The position numbers were made by a program, and so were the translations under genes. Of a DNA stretch of 64,000 nucleotides, positions 24,668 to 39,293 are shown one piece after another. The notes below the pieces were generated by a model that was given only the letters and a program-made list of their open reading frames with translations, was not told the DNA's origin and made no database searches. Position 1 is the first letter of the stretch; every line of letters starts with the position of its first letter. This DNA is from Macrostomum lignano (lineage: Eukaryota): NCBI GenBank assembly GCA_002269645.1, contig NIVC01002166.1:42744-106743 (forward strand). The letters are read 5' to 3'.

Positions 24668-25681
24668 ACAGGTTTGGGTGTTCTCTGGTCCCGAGGGCCA
24701 CATGCCGCCTGCGAAGCCTCTATCCGGCCCTTGGGTCCTTTGAAACTTCACAATAGCAGCCCGGCCAGATCAATGTTTGTGCTCTCTTATTTCCTCTCTC
24801 CTTTTTTATTCTCTCTCATTTCTCATATCTACTCTCTAGCCTCTCCTCTCTCTGTCCATTCTAGCCTTCCCCTTTTCTCTCTAGCTTCTCCGCTCTCTAT
24901 TCTGTCTTCTCTAGCCTCTCCCCTTTCCTCTCTAGCCTCTCCCTTTTTCTCTCTAGCCTCTCCCCTTTCCTCTCTAGCCTCTCCCCTTCTCTCTAGCATC
25001 TCCCCTTTTCTCCCTAGCCTCTCCCCTTTTCTCTCTAGCCCCTCCCCTCTCTCTTCTCTCTAGCCCCTCCCCTTTTCTCTCTAGCCTCTCCCCTTTTCTC
25101 TCTAGCCTCTCCCCTTTTCTCTCTAGCCTCTCCCCTTTTCTCTCTAGCCTCTCCCCTTTTCTCTCTAGCCCCTCCCCTCTCTCTTCTCTCTAGCCCCTCC
25201 TCTCTTCTCTCTAGCCCCTCCTCTCTCCTCTCTAGCCCCTCCTCTCTTTTCTCTAGCCCCTCTCCTTTTCTCTCTAGCCCCTCCCCTCTCTCTTCTCTCT
25301 AGCCTCTCCCCTTTTCTCTCTAGCCCCTCCCCTCTCTCTTCTCTCTAGCCCCTCCTCTCTCCTCTCTAGCCCCTCCCCTTTTCTCTCTAGCCCCTCCCCT
25401 CTCTCTTCTCTCTAGCCACTCCTCTCTCTCCTCTCTAGCCCCTCCCCTTTTCTCTCTAGCGCCTCCCCTTTTCTCTCTAGCCTCTCCCCTTTTCTCTCTA
25501 GCCCCTCCCCTCTCTCTAGCCCCTCCCCTCTCTCTTCTCTCTAGCCCCTCCCCTCTCTCTTTTCTCTAGCCTCTCTCTCTTTCTCTCTAGCTTCTCCGCT
25601 ATCTATTATCTGTCCTCTCTAGCCTCTTCCCTTCTTCTCTTTACTTGGCCCTTGAGGTAAAAAAGTTTGCCGATCACAGGA
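24668..25681. mobile_element. Possible decayed hAT-type MITE whose interior is a pyrimidine-rich tandem array
   Basis: Left CAGG..CTCTGGTCCCGAGGGCCACATG..CCGGCCC and right GGCCCTTGAGGTAAAAAAGTTTGCCGATCACAGG resemble typical non-autonomous hAT termini; no TSD identified. Confidence 0.35.
24810..25630. repeat. Pyrimidine-rich tandem array, ~21-25-bp unit (CTCTCTAGCCCCTCCCCTTTT)
   Basis: Direct periodicity. Confidence 0.9.
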
Positions 25682-26730
25682 TTACAGACTTGCTTCTCCA
25701 AGACGTATAGCAAAATAAAGCCTTTCCAGATAGTATTCGATGTAATAGATGGAATTCGGAGGGACTTCTACCCTATCAAATAATAAAATTTGATATTCAT
25801 AATTAGACTAAAATTTTTCAGAAACAACAAAAACAAGAAAAAGCTTTCTAGTGATATCGGAATCTCACTAAATTGAAGCCTAATGCAAGCCAGATAGGTT
25901 ATTTCTGTAATCGCAACTACAAGAGATGGCGTCATCCATTTACTCTTTGAACTAATGGCATTCGATTGAAATGACAAACCCAGGAAGACAGTGAAGCATC
26001 AACCAAAGCAAGCAGAAAGCTTTATTGCTTTTATTAAACAGCAACGCGGATTAGGAATGCTTCGTCAGTAATTAAGCATGAATTGCACAGGGAAAGATGT
26101 TAGTTAATCTCCATATAAAATTGACTGTAAAATATCATCAGAAAAATGTTTCAATAAAATCGCATTGCACAGCCCTCAGATACAGAAAACGCGCAGGGAC
26201 GGAACGAATACAATGTTAAAAAGCAGAATGTTTCACAACAGACCTGCTGACAATAGTAAACAAAAAATTGCACAATTGTATATCACTCAATGTAGACTCA
26301 AATTGTCCAGGACGGAACTAAAATTCGACCAGATAGATATCCGCCTACCCGCATCAAATAAATAAGTAGCAAGTTGCGGTAAATCAATTCTCCAGTCAAC
26401 AGAAATTAACCCAAAATGAAAACGGTACCCAGGACACAAGAAGCGTCTCTAAACGACTCAAAAACTACGAGATGACTCATCGTAAAAGACGCCAAAAAGT
26501 CGTCAAAGAGTCGCCTAAGAGTCAATTTCTATAGCGCATCTGCGTCACTGTTTACCAATTAGAATCGCATTTCGCATTTATAACAACTCTATTTAGTCTA
26601 CTTGAGTTAGTAGTGAGTTTATCGCTAGCACAACAGCTCTCAGACGAATTTTTTTGCAACTCAACAGTCGGCCTCTCTGTCGCATTGCAGTCCAACGAGA
26701 AACCTAATAGAAAATCGCGCAATAGCATAT

Positions 26731-29700
26731 TCAACGCCGATTGAGCGCCATCAAATTAAGCCGGATGGACAGCACGCCTTTGGGATATTTGTGCAGATAG
26801 ACTACGCACGAGAACTGCACTTTGGGCACAGCGTCGCTGCTATCTACGTACATGCCGATCTCGTGCAGCTTCGTATTGCGCACCTCCTGCAGAATTTCGT
26901 CAGTGGACATGTAGCCGACTCGCATTGAGTAACCAACAATCTACAAGTTTTGTCGTATATTAAAATAAGTTAATTAATCTGTTTTGTCTACTTTAAGTAC
27001 AAAGTTGCGATAAATTTCTTACAATTTTGCTCGCAAATTGCTTGTTGTAGTTTTCTCTGGCTGCTAGTAGCTGACTGGCCTCAGGATTATAGTGATAAAT
27101 CTCCATGCTGCGGTGATGAAGATTTTGTTGTTGTAAGTAATAGACTGCAGATACTGTGTGACGGCTAAATGTACACCGGGGTCGGGTGGCTGTGGCTAGC
27201 AAATGTACATTGGGGTGGGGTGGCTGTGACTAGCAAATGTACATTGGGTTGGGGTGGCTGTCACTAGTAAATGTACATTGGGGTGGGGTGATTGTAGGTA
27301 GTAAATTTACATTGGAGCGGGGTGGTTGAGGCTAGCAAAAGTACATTTGGGTGGGGTGGTTGTGGCTAGCAAATGTACATTGGGGCTGGGTGGTTCTGGC
27401 TAGCAAATGTACATTGGGGTGGGGTGGCTGTGACTAGCAAGTGTTACACTGAGGCTGGTAGGTTGTTGTATCATAGCAAAATTGACGCTATGATACGGTA
27501 GAAAAGAATTTGATTTTAACTCTCACTATTTGAGCAGGTCGCGAATCTCCCTGCTACCGGCATTGTACCACAGTGTGGGCACCCTGGGCCGCCACTCGCT
27601 GATAGCTTTGCGCAGGGTTATCTCGATCTCGTACTCGATGTTGGCAATATCTGAGTCGCCAACTGGTCCGCCCGAATAGTTAATCGGCTGCTGGATGCAT
27701 TCGAAAGTTCGTTCGTTAGGCTTCTCAATGTGAAGCCAGTAGTTCTGATCAGTGACGCCATAGTTGAGCACGCGAACACCTTCGAATGGCTTCTTGTTGA
27801 TGTACACACCACCTGCAGATATGAGGCAGTCAATGCTGATCAGGGGGCAGCGATCGCCCATGGCGTTGAACCGGAGGCCTAGCGAAGGATTCCACACGTA
27901 TTTGTCGTTGCCATCGACTTCTACCACATAAGCGGTGGAGCCTTCTGGTACCGCGTTGCCAAGTGCCAGGTAGATTTGAGTGCCAGTGCCCTGGCTGAGG
28001 TGGAGCAGATAATTAGCTAGCAGCACGGCGTGCTCCTCTTCATCTCCGGCTTGGTAGTCCATGAACTCCTGCGCGAAGGGCAATTGGCGATCGTTGTCTA
28101 ATGGACAGTGTCTGTGACACCCACCCCACTCTTGCGTACACCATCGATCTAGAAACCCACCCCACTAGCTCCTTTGCGATCGACCTAAACACCCAACTGA
28201 CCCCTTATGTACACTATCGATAGACACCCACCCCACTCCTATGTGCACTATCGATCTAAACACCCACCCTACTCCTATGTACACTATCGATCTAAACACC
28301 CACCCTACTCCTATGTACACTATCGATCTAGACACCCACCCTACTCCTATGTACACTATCGATCTAAACACCCACCCTACTCCTATGTACACTATCGATC
28401 TAAACACCCACCCTACTCCTATGTACTATCGATCTAACACCCACCCGACTCCCTATGTACACTATCGATCTAAACACTCACCCACCTCAATCTCATGTAG
28501 ACTATCGATCTAGACACCCACCCCACTCCTTATGTACACTATCGATCTAGACACATTCCACATCAATCCATGAGTACAATGTTTGCGACACCAACCCAGC
28601 GGTAAAACACATACGCACCCTCGATATAAAAGTTTGTCTTATTGCATTACCTCGCAAGTGTTCCAAATATCGATTAGGCCAGGAAAAGCTGAGGCATCGC
28701 TCACAAACGGCACCAAGGAGACGTAGTTAGCGATGATTAACTGAAAAAATGATGAATGGATTGCATTGATATAGTGGCTTGACTGTGATAAACAACTTAA
28801 CGAGAGGCTTAGAACTGACCTTCTTATGCTGGGGATCAGTAACTTCCTGGCCTCGCGAGAACAGCTCAGGTGGTGGTGCCAAACCAGTGGGACTCAGATA
28901 GCAGGAAACAAAGACCTCCTTGACCTCCATGCTAACAACGAAAGCTCGCGGGTGATAAAGAAACTCTTCAACTTGAGCTTCCGGATTTGATTGCATCTGG
29001 CGCATGACGCCGGCAACTTCGTCGGCGAGGCGACTCAAGGTGTTCTTGGTGGCGCGAACCCACTGCCTGGCGGCTCGTGCACCGTGTCGAATGCCTGCTG
29101 CAGCAGGCCAGGCCTGGCCAGGTGCGGCTGCAGAGTGATGAAGACTCGGAGCGCCGGGGCGCGCGGCCGCCTGCGAGCGGCGCCATCGCCGGCCCCGGAG
29201 CCACCGTAGCCGGTCACCAAATCCGGGACGCGAAGCTGCAGCCGGCCCTGCACTTTCTCGTTGATGTACACGGTTGAGAACGGAATGGACACGCTGCCAA
29301 GGAAGTGCTTCTCTTGAACAACAACAGAGCCAACGTCTGCGGCCTGCTGGCCCTCGGCTGGCCGACTGTAGGTTCTATCGTTGAACACCTTCAGCACCAG
29401 CGGGTCGGATATGGTCTCGGGCTTCTGGGTGGCATTGCGCAGACGGAACGGCAGCTCCAGACTGGCATTCCAGTCCGGATTCGTGCCAGACATGGTAGCC
29501 GTGCGCAGAGTGTTGCCCTGCGGCGGAGTGCGCAACGTTATTATATATTCTGCTATTATATTAGCACGGTTTCGCATAGCAACTAACAGCTTGACCTACT
29601 GCTGTGTGAACCTAATACTAATCTTTAATAGAAATAGTTCCTAGTGGGAAACTTCCATTGGGAATAGTTCCTGATTGGAAACTTCCATTGGGAATAGTTC

Positions 29701-32700
29701 CTGTTTGGAAACTTCCAGTGGGAATAGTTCCTGTTGGAAACTTCCAGTGGGAATAGTTCCTGTTGGAAACTTCCATTGGGAATAGTTCCTGTTTGGAAAC
29801 TTCCATGGGAATACTTCCTGATTGGAAACTTCCAGTGGGAATAGTTCCTAGTTGGAAACTTCCATTGGGAATAGTTCCTGATTGGAAACTTCCAGTGGGA
29901 ATACTTCCTGATTGGAAACTTCCATTGGGAATAGTTCCTGATTGGAAACTTCCAGTGGGAATAGTTCCTGATTGGAAACTTCCAGTGGGAATACTTCCTG
30001 ATTGGAAACTTCCATTGGGAATAGTTCCTAGTTGGAAACTTCCATTGGGAATAGTTCCTGTTGGAAACTTCCATTGGGAATAGTTCCTGTTGGAAACTTC
30101 CATTGGGAATAGTTCCTGGTTGGAAACGTCAATTGGATATGGTTACTTCAGCTACCTGAAAGGTGACTTCCACAAACGGCTTCAGAATCTGCTTCGAATC
30201 GTTGGGGCTGGGCAAGTCGATGGCGTCAATAATATTAACGCTAAGCGTGATTGGCGCCATGGCCAGGCTGAGCAGTGGTGTCCGGGACACAATCTCCCTG
30301 GCCGGTTTCAGCGGCCGTTTCCGGCTGAACAGCGGGCGCAGCAGCGACAGAATGTCAACAACCACGGCTTTGGCTTCGTCGATCACCTCCTCGTAGGTTC
30401 GATAGCCTTTGGCGGCGTTGAACGCCTCCGTGACCTGTTCGCGTACGTAGCGCATTTTTGCTTCGTAGCGCATGCGCATCTTCTGCAACTCGCTGGCTCG
30501 GGTGCGCGATACGTCCGTCTCGCGCTTCGGCTCCTGGCAGATGGGAGTTCAGTGCGGTTATAGTGGGATTAATAGGTACTGCACCCACAGGCATTTTTGC
30601 CTCAATGATAATCGAATTCCCCAAGCTTCAGTGAGCATCAGCTTCTCACTTCCCATGCTTACAGTGAGCATCAGCTACTCACTTCCCCATGCTTACAGTG
30701 AGCATCAGCTTCTCACTTCCCCATGCTTACAGTGAGCATCAGCTTCTCACTTCCCTTATGCTTACAGTGAGCATCAGCTTCTCACTTCCCCATGCTTACA
30801 GTGAGCATCAGCTTCTCACTTCCCCATGCTTACAGTGAGCATCAGCTTCTCACTTCCCCATGCTTACAGTGAGCATCAGCTTCTCCCTTCCCTATGCTTA
30901 CAGTGAGCATCAGCTTCTCACTTCCCCATGCTTACAGTGAGCATCAGCTTCTCACTTCCCCATGCTTACAGTGAGCATCAGCTTCTCACTTCCCATGCTT
31001 ACAGTGAGCATCAGCTTCTCCTTCCCCATGCTTACAGTGAGCATCAGCTTCTCACTTCCCCATGCTTACAGTGAGCATCAGCTTCTCACTTCCCCATGCT
31101 TACAGTGAGCATCAGCTTCTCACTTCCCCATGCTTACAGTGAGCATCAGCTTCTCCTTCCCATGCTTACAGTGAGCATCAGCTTCTCACTTCCCCATGCT
31201 TACAGTGAGCATCAGCTTCTCACTTCCCCATGCTTACAGTGAGCATCAGCTTCTCACTTCCCCATGCTTACAGTGAGCATCAGCTTCTCACTTCCCCATG
31301 CTTACAGTGAGCATCAGCTTCTCACTTCCCATGCTTACAGTGAGCATCAGCTTCTCACTTCCCATGCTTACAGTGAGCATCAGCTTCTCACTTCCCCATG
31401 CTTACAGTGAGCATCAGCTTCTCACTTCCCATGCTTACAGTGAGCATCAGCTTCTCACTTCCCCATGCTTACAGTGAGCATCAGCTTCTCACTTCCCATG
31501 CTTACAGTGAGCATCAGCTTACTCACTTCCCATGCTTACAGTGAGCATCAGCTTCTCACTTCCCCATGCTTACAGTGAGCATCAGCTTCTCCCTTTCCCA
31601 TGCTTACAGTGAGCATCAGCTTCTCACTTCCCCATGCTTACAGTGAGCATCAGCTTCTCACTTCCCCATGCTTACAGTGAGCATCAGCTTCTCCCTTTCC
31701 CATGCTTACAGTGAGCATCAGCTTCTCCCTTCCCATGCTTACAGTGAGCATCAGCTTCTCCCTTTCCCATGCTTACAGTGAGCATCAGCTTCTCACTTCC
31801 CATGCTTACAGTGAGCATCAGCTTCTCACTTCCCATGCTTACAGTGAGCATCAGCTTCTCACTTCCCATGCTTACAGTGAGCATCAGCTTCTCACTTCCC
31901 ATGCTTACAGTGAGCATCAGCTTCTCACTTCCCATGCTTACAGTGAGCATCAGCTTCTCACTTTCCCATGCTTACAGTGAGCATCAGCTTCTCACTTCCC
32001 CATGCTTACAGTGAGCATCAGCTACTCACTTCCCCATGCTTACAGTGAGCATCAGCTTCTCCCTTTCCCATGCTTACAGTGAGCATCAGCTTCTCACTTT
32101 CCCATGCTTACAGTGAGCATCAGCTTCTCACTTTCCCATGCTTACAGTGAGCATCAGCTTCTCACTTCCCCATGCTTACAGTGAGCATCAGCTTCTCACT
32201 TCCCATGCTTACAGTGAGCATCAGCTTCTCACTTCCCATGCTTACAGCGAATCAAGTGGAGTTTTTAATCAAACAGCTAATTAATTAAAATCCATGGGTC
32301 ACAATAATAAATAAAACTAAATTTAATAGGTCAAAATCAATGCTCTGAATAAATAAATACAATAACTGCGCTATACAAGTGGAATCAATTTTCCAGAGAA
32401 AACTCTTAATGGATCTGTTACCCGCGTGGTCGCTACTAAAAGCTTACCGTTCCAATAGCAAGATTCTGCAAGCAAGAGAGTTGAGCAACAACCAGTGCAC
32501 CATTCAAAGACAATACTGAGGTCATTGCTAGCACCAATACAGCAGAGCAAATGCAGAAAAAGAAATAAATAATATTAGTCTGCAAGTTCAGAGTGAGTGA
32601 ACATACAACCAACGGTTCAATGTGTAAAAAAGCTCTAGTTAATAAACTGACCAAATGAATGAATATAAATATTAAGCAATAAGTTTTCGGTGACATTACC

Positions 32701-35700
32701 AATTTGCGTGGCTGTAAATGATTAAAAGAGAATAGGAAAAAGATGACTAGTAAAACTGTGATCTTATTTAAACATGACAAGCTTGTGAACTATAGCAATT
32801 TAAAATAAAAGCCCATACTCGACTGGTCATTGTTGCGTCGCCAATATCCACTATTAATGAAGGGGCCTGCGACAGCATAGGCGGCTCTATATGTTAACAC
32901 TGAGTATACTGTGCCTCACTTGTCTATTTAAATATTGGCTTCAGGTATTCTGACTAGGAATTGGATTGAGATTTCGATCAGAGAAGGGGCGGATTACCGC
33001 CGACTGATGATGGAGGCAGGGGCGGAATACCAGACTGATGATTGAGGGAGGGGCGGAATACCAGACTGATGATTGAGGGAGGGGCGGAATACCAGACTGA
33101 TGATTGAGACGGTGGAATATTATCTACTGATGGCTGAAAGTTGGCAAAAGTGCCACAATAAAAACCCGGCAACAATATTAGAGGCAGACATGTCACTACG
33201 ACACTGGTAGACATAAGTACGCATTCTCACCTCGACCATCTCCTTGCTAATTAGGCTGGCAAAGGCTGGCATCGGAGCACCCTTGAGCTGCTCAGCGCCA
33301 ATGTCGCCTCGGTCCCGCATAATCAGCGCCCGGAATCTCAGATCAGTGTCCAGATCCTCGGCCGAGCAGAAGCCGAACTCCTCCTCGAAGAAGTTCAGTC
33401 GGCAATAGCCGCCTGTAAGCTGCTGCTGCTGCTGCTGCTGCGGATCCTGGCCCAGAGCCGCGTTGAGGTTGAGCCGCACAAATGCCGGATCGTTGGGGTC
33501 GCGCATCTCGGTCAGGCGTGGCAGCTTGGGAGCGTCTGGCGTCGGGTCAACGTAGGTCTCAGTCTGCGGATCGTACACCTTGAGCATCGGCGCTAGAATG
33601 TTGCCTTCGGAGTCGGAACGCCAGCCGCACCTGGACCGAATTAGGCCCTCGTATTCGGCTGGGCCGGCATCGGCTCCGGTCTGGCTGAATTGAACCTCCG
33701 AGAAGTTCAGCTGGGCCCGCGTGGTCTGCGAGTCCGGCCTGGGCAGCGAGGCGAAGCCGATGGTACGGACAGCGGAGCGAAAGCCGCCGCGGCGATGCTC
33801 GGTCAGCTGCAGCCGAATGCGGCTGGGAGGCTGCACCACCTCCACCAGGTAGATGCGGTTGAAGTGCAGAGCGAAGTTCGAACTCAGCGTCCTGGATGAA
33901 GCGAGGGAGCCGCCAGAATCAGGGAACTGATACAATACGCATCATAGATAGCTGGCCTGACCCCAACACCTGCCACTGACAAAAGCAAACCTGTCTCTGA
34001 CAGAAGCACACTGTCTCTGACAGAAGCACACCTGTCTCTGACAGCACACCTGTCTCTGACAGAAGCACACCTGTCTCTGACAGAAGCACACCTGTCTCTG
34101 ACAGAAGCACACTGTCTCTGACAGAAGCACACCTGTCTCTGACAGAAGCACACCTGTCTCTGACAGAAGCACACCTGCCACTGACAGAAGCACACCTGCC
34201 ACTGACAGAAGCACACCTGTCTCTGACAGAAGCACACTGTCTCTGACAGAAGCACACCTGCCACTGACAGAAGCACACCTGTCTCTGACAGAAGCACACT
34301 GTCTCTGACAGAAGCACACCTGTCTCTGACAGAAGCACACCTGTCTCTGACAGAAGCACACCTGTCTCTGACAGAAGCACACCTGTCTCTGACAGAAGCA
34401 CACCTGTCTCTGACAGAAGCACACCTGTCTCTCACAGAAGCACACCTGCCACTGATAGAAGCACACCTGTCTCTGACAGAAGCACACCTGTCTCTGACAG
34501 AAGCACACCTGTCTCTGACAGCACACCTGTCTCTGACAGCACACCTGTCTCTGACAGAAGCACACCTGTCTCTGACAGAAGCACACCTGTCTCTGACAGA
34601 AGCACACCTGTCTCTGACAGCACACCTGTCTCTGACAGAAGCACACCTGTCTCTGACAGAAGCACACCTGTCTCTGACAGAAGCACACCTGTCTCTGACA
34701 GAAGCACACCTGCCACTGACAGAAGCACACCTGTCTCTGACAGAAGCACACCTGTCTCTGACAGAAGCACACCTGCCACTGACAGAAGCACACCTGCCAC
34801 TGACAGAAACACACCAGTCTCTGACAGAAGCACACCTACAGAGACAAACCTAATCCAGCACACCACGACGGGCACAAGTATTACTTACACATCCTCAGTC
34901 GGTCCCACAAGTTTATCGTCGGCATAGATTTGAATAGTATAGAAAAATTCCGATTCCATGCGCCGACGCCTGGTCTCTTCGGCGGCGCGGTGCTGCCTGT
35001 GTAGATTTTGTTTCGGGAGAAAAATAATTTAGAAAAACGCGATTCTATCACGCCTACTAATAGTAGAAAACGGTATGAAATCGTGCACTAACTCTGGAAT
35101 ATCGTTCAAAGGCGTTGTCACGTGCGAATTGTCCAATAAGCGGACGCGTACAAGCGGCTCGCCCGGCTGACGTCGACGGCACGTGACCTGGCCGAATTCG
35201 TCTTCGCCGAGCCGAACCAGGCGCTCAATCTGCGAGGAAAATATGATTATCAGCTAATTATGCGTACGGATACCGGATCAAATCAATCAATGCACTGTAG
35301 AACCCGAACCTGCTGCACAAAGTTGTCAACATTCTCCGGCTGCGGCTCCGGCGGTGGCTCATCGTCGAATTCGCCAGTGGCCATGCCGGACTGCTCCATG
35401 GCCAGGCGGCGGCTCTCGAAGTCGGCCCGGCGCCGTTCGTACAGCTGACGCTGGGCCAGGTACTCCGCCTGGACCAGCTGGTGCTTGGCTTGGACAGCTG
35501 ACTGGTGCTCCTCTGTCCAGTCGCGGATCTCCGCTAGGAGCTCCTGCTCGTCCTCCGACCGGCTCTGCACCGCCTCTTCAATGTCGCAGCGGACCTGCGC
35601 AGGGCGAGCGCAGTTCGAAAAGGAATAATTATGGCGAAGCTCCAGTATCAAGAGAAGGGATTATCGCCAAATGAGCGAGCGAAAGATACAGAGGATTATC

Positions 35701-37919
35701 GCCGATTGGACAAATCGATTCAAACATGGAAGGACGCATACATGCATGGCCCCAGCCAAGGTAAGTCGCAAAAATGCCCACAAAATAGACATAGTACTAA
35801 TTAGATGACGACGTATTTAGGTCAAACAATACAGTGATAGTTACTCCTGTCGTTTACCCAAAATTACGTTAATTTTTACTTAGAATTTCTTTCATAGGTA
35901 AGTCGCATTTTTGGTCAAAACGTAAGTCGCACGACCAGTGTAAATCAGAGGGGTTGCACATGTATGGAAGGACGAATGATGTAGAAGTGCTGGGAGGCAG
36001 CCTACAAGTCACAGAGACAGTGATATCTCTAATCGATTTCTATACTTTAAGGAAAGCAAGAAAAATGGCTCACATCCGTCACAGAGAAGCCCAATTCTTG
36101 TCGAATGTCGCGCACCTCGCGCCAAGCGTTTAGCAAATCGATGAGCAGAGAGTAATGAGCCGCCTCTTCGCGTATCTTGCTGTGCCGCGTGGTCGACAGC
36201 TCGGCTCTGAATAAAGGTTTTTTCAGCGACTTTATTAGCAATATTAAGGTGATCTTATGAGCAAAATTTGGGCGATTCTTATGAGCAGAAAAAAGGACTA
36301 TTCCATGAGCAGGATTAGAGCGATTCTATGAGCAAGATTGAAGCATTTCTATGAGCAGGATTGGGGCGATTCCATGAGCAGGATTGGAGCGATTCTTGTG
36401 AGCAGAATTAGGACTATTCCATGAACAGGATTAGAGCGATTCTATGAGCAAGATTGGGGCGATTCTATGAACAGGATTCGGGCGATTCTATGAGCAAGAT
36501 TGGGGCGATTCCATGAGCAGGATTGGGGCGATTCTATGAGCAGGATTGGAGCTATTCCATGAGCAGGATTGGAGCGATTCTATGAGCAGGATTGGGGCCA
36601 TTCTATGAGCAGGATTGGGGCGATTCTATGAGCAGGATTGGAGCTATTCTTGTGAGCAGAATTAGGACTATTCCATGAACAGGATTAGAGCGATTCTATG
36701 AGCAAGATTGGGGCGATTCTATGAACAGGATTCGGGCGATTCTATGAGCAAGATTGGGGCGATTCCATGAGCAGGATTGGGGCCATTCTATGAGCAGGAT
36801 TGGGGCGATTCTATGAGCAGGATTGGAGCTATTCCATGAGCAGGATTGGAGCGATTCTATGAGCAAGATTGGGGCGATTCCATGAGCAGGATTGGGGCCA
36901 TTCTATGAGCAGGATTGGGGCGATTCTATGAGCAGGATTGGAGCTATTCCATGAGCAGGATTGGAGCGATTCTATGAGCAAGATTGGGGCGATTCCATGA
37001 GCAGGATTGGGGCCATTCTTTGAGCAGGATTGGGGCGATTCTATGAGCAGGATTGGAGCTATTCCATGAGCAGGATTGGGGCGATTCTATGAGCAGGATT
37101 GGAGCGATTCTATGAGCAGAATTGGAGCGACTCTATGAGCAGGATTGGAGCTATTCCATGAGCAGGATTGGGGCGATTCTATGAGCAGGACTAGGACTAT
37201 TCTACTATGAGCAGGATAAGGACTATTCCATGAGCAGGATTAGAACTATTCTATGAGCAGGATTGGGTCAATTCTTTGAGCAGGATTAGGGCGATTCTAT
37301 GAGCAGGATTGGGGTAGAGTACAAGGACATATTTTTACTAATCTGGCAAAAATCCCACCTATAAGCGTCCACTCGGTTCCGATAGTCCTGCAGGACCAGC
37401 TCGTTTTTATTCTGACTCCGCTCCAGCCGGGCCGCCTCCTGCGTCAGCTTGGCGATCTCCCGGCGCAGCGCCGCAATTCTGTCCCGGAAATAAGCCGGAA
37501 AGTTGGACTTCTCGCTGCGAGCGTAGCGCCTGTGCAGCTGGCGGAGCCGGCTGACGGCCGCGTGCTCCCTGGTGAACAGCGGGTGCGCCAGGAACTGAAC
37601 CCCGCCGATGTCCACCTCCAGCTGCCAGGGCGTCTCGCGCTCCAGGCTGGCGAAAGGCGAATCCCAGCGGCGGGCCGGCCGGAACTCGGAGCGGGCCAGC
37701 TGGCGCAGGCGGAGTTGCTCCTGATGCTGCTGCTGCGCCTGGACGCCTTGCACATCGTCATCATCGTCTGGCACCAGCGGCCGCATCGGCACGTCTTTCA
37801 ACGGGTCTGGCAGCATGCGGAGCCGGCCGTCTTCGCCCAGCCAGCCCTGCAGAGCAGAGTGGATGCGCTTACTGAGTCAGGCGGATCAGACAGACAGACA
37901 CACAGACAGACAGATAGAA

Positions 37920-37967
<48 letters not shown>

Positions 37968-38029
37968 TGACTGACAGACAGACACTAAGACAGACAGACA
38001 GACAGACAGACACACAGACAGACAGACAC

Positions 38030-38063
<34 letters not shown>

Positions 38064-38078
38064 TGACTGACAGACACC

Positions 38079-38110
<32 letters not shown>

Positions 38111-38130
38111 TACAGACTGACAGACACACC

Positions 38131-38176
<46 letters not shown>

Positions 38177-38202
38177 TAGACAGACAGACAGACAGACACA
38201 CC

Positions 38203-38233
<31 letters not shown>

Positions 38234-38379
38234 GGACAGACAGACAGGCAAACAGACAGACAGGCAAACAGACAGACAGACAGAAAGACACAACGACAGA
38301 CAGACAGACGGACAGACAGACAGGCAAACAGACAGACAGACAAACAAACAGACAGACAGACAGACACACCGACAGACAG

Positions 38380-38417
<38 letters not shown>

Positions 38418-38490
38418 GGACAGACAGACAGACGGACAGACAGACAGACAGACAGAAGGACAGACAGACAGAAGGACAGACAGACAGAAG

Positions 38491-38521
<31 letters not shown>

Positions 38522-38559
38522 GGACAGACAGACAGACAGACGGACAGACAGACAGGCAA

Positions 38560-38602
<43 letters not shown>

Positions 38603-38898
38603 CACCGACAGACAGACAGACAGACGGACAGACAGACGGACAGACAGACAGGCAAACAGACAGACAGACAGACAGACACAACGACAGACAGACAGACGGA
38701 CAGACAGACAGGCAAACAGACAGACAGGCAAACAGACAGACAGACAGACAGACACAACGACAGACAGACAGACGGACAGACAGACAGGCAAACAGACAGA
38801 CAAACAAACAGACAGACAGACAGACACACCGACAGACAGACAGACAGACAGACAGACGGACAGACAGACAGACAGACAGAAGGACAGACAGACAGAAG

Positions 38899-38945
<47 letters not shown>

Positions 38946-38979
38946 GGACAGACAGACAGACGGACAGACAGACAGGCAA

Positions 38980-39018
<39 letters not shown>

Positions 39019-39095
39019 CACCGACAGACAGACAGACAGACGGACAGACAGACAGGCAAACAGACAGACAGACAGACACAACGACAGACAGACAG

Positions 39096-39169
<74 letters not shown>

Positions 39170-39202
39170 GGACGGACAGACAGACAGACAGACAGACAGA
39201 AG

Positions 39203-39241
<39 letters not shown>

Positions 39242-39251
39242 GGACAGGCAA

Positions 39252-39293
<42 letters not shown>

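Noticed and set aside
30626-32248. CRISPR-like appearance of the 30-36-bp arrays
   Set aside because: Head-to-tail units with no unique spacers, no cas genes, eukaryotic intronic context
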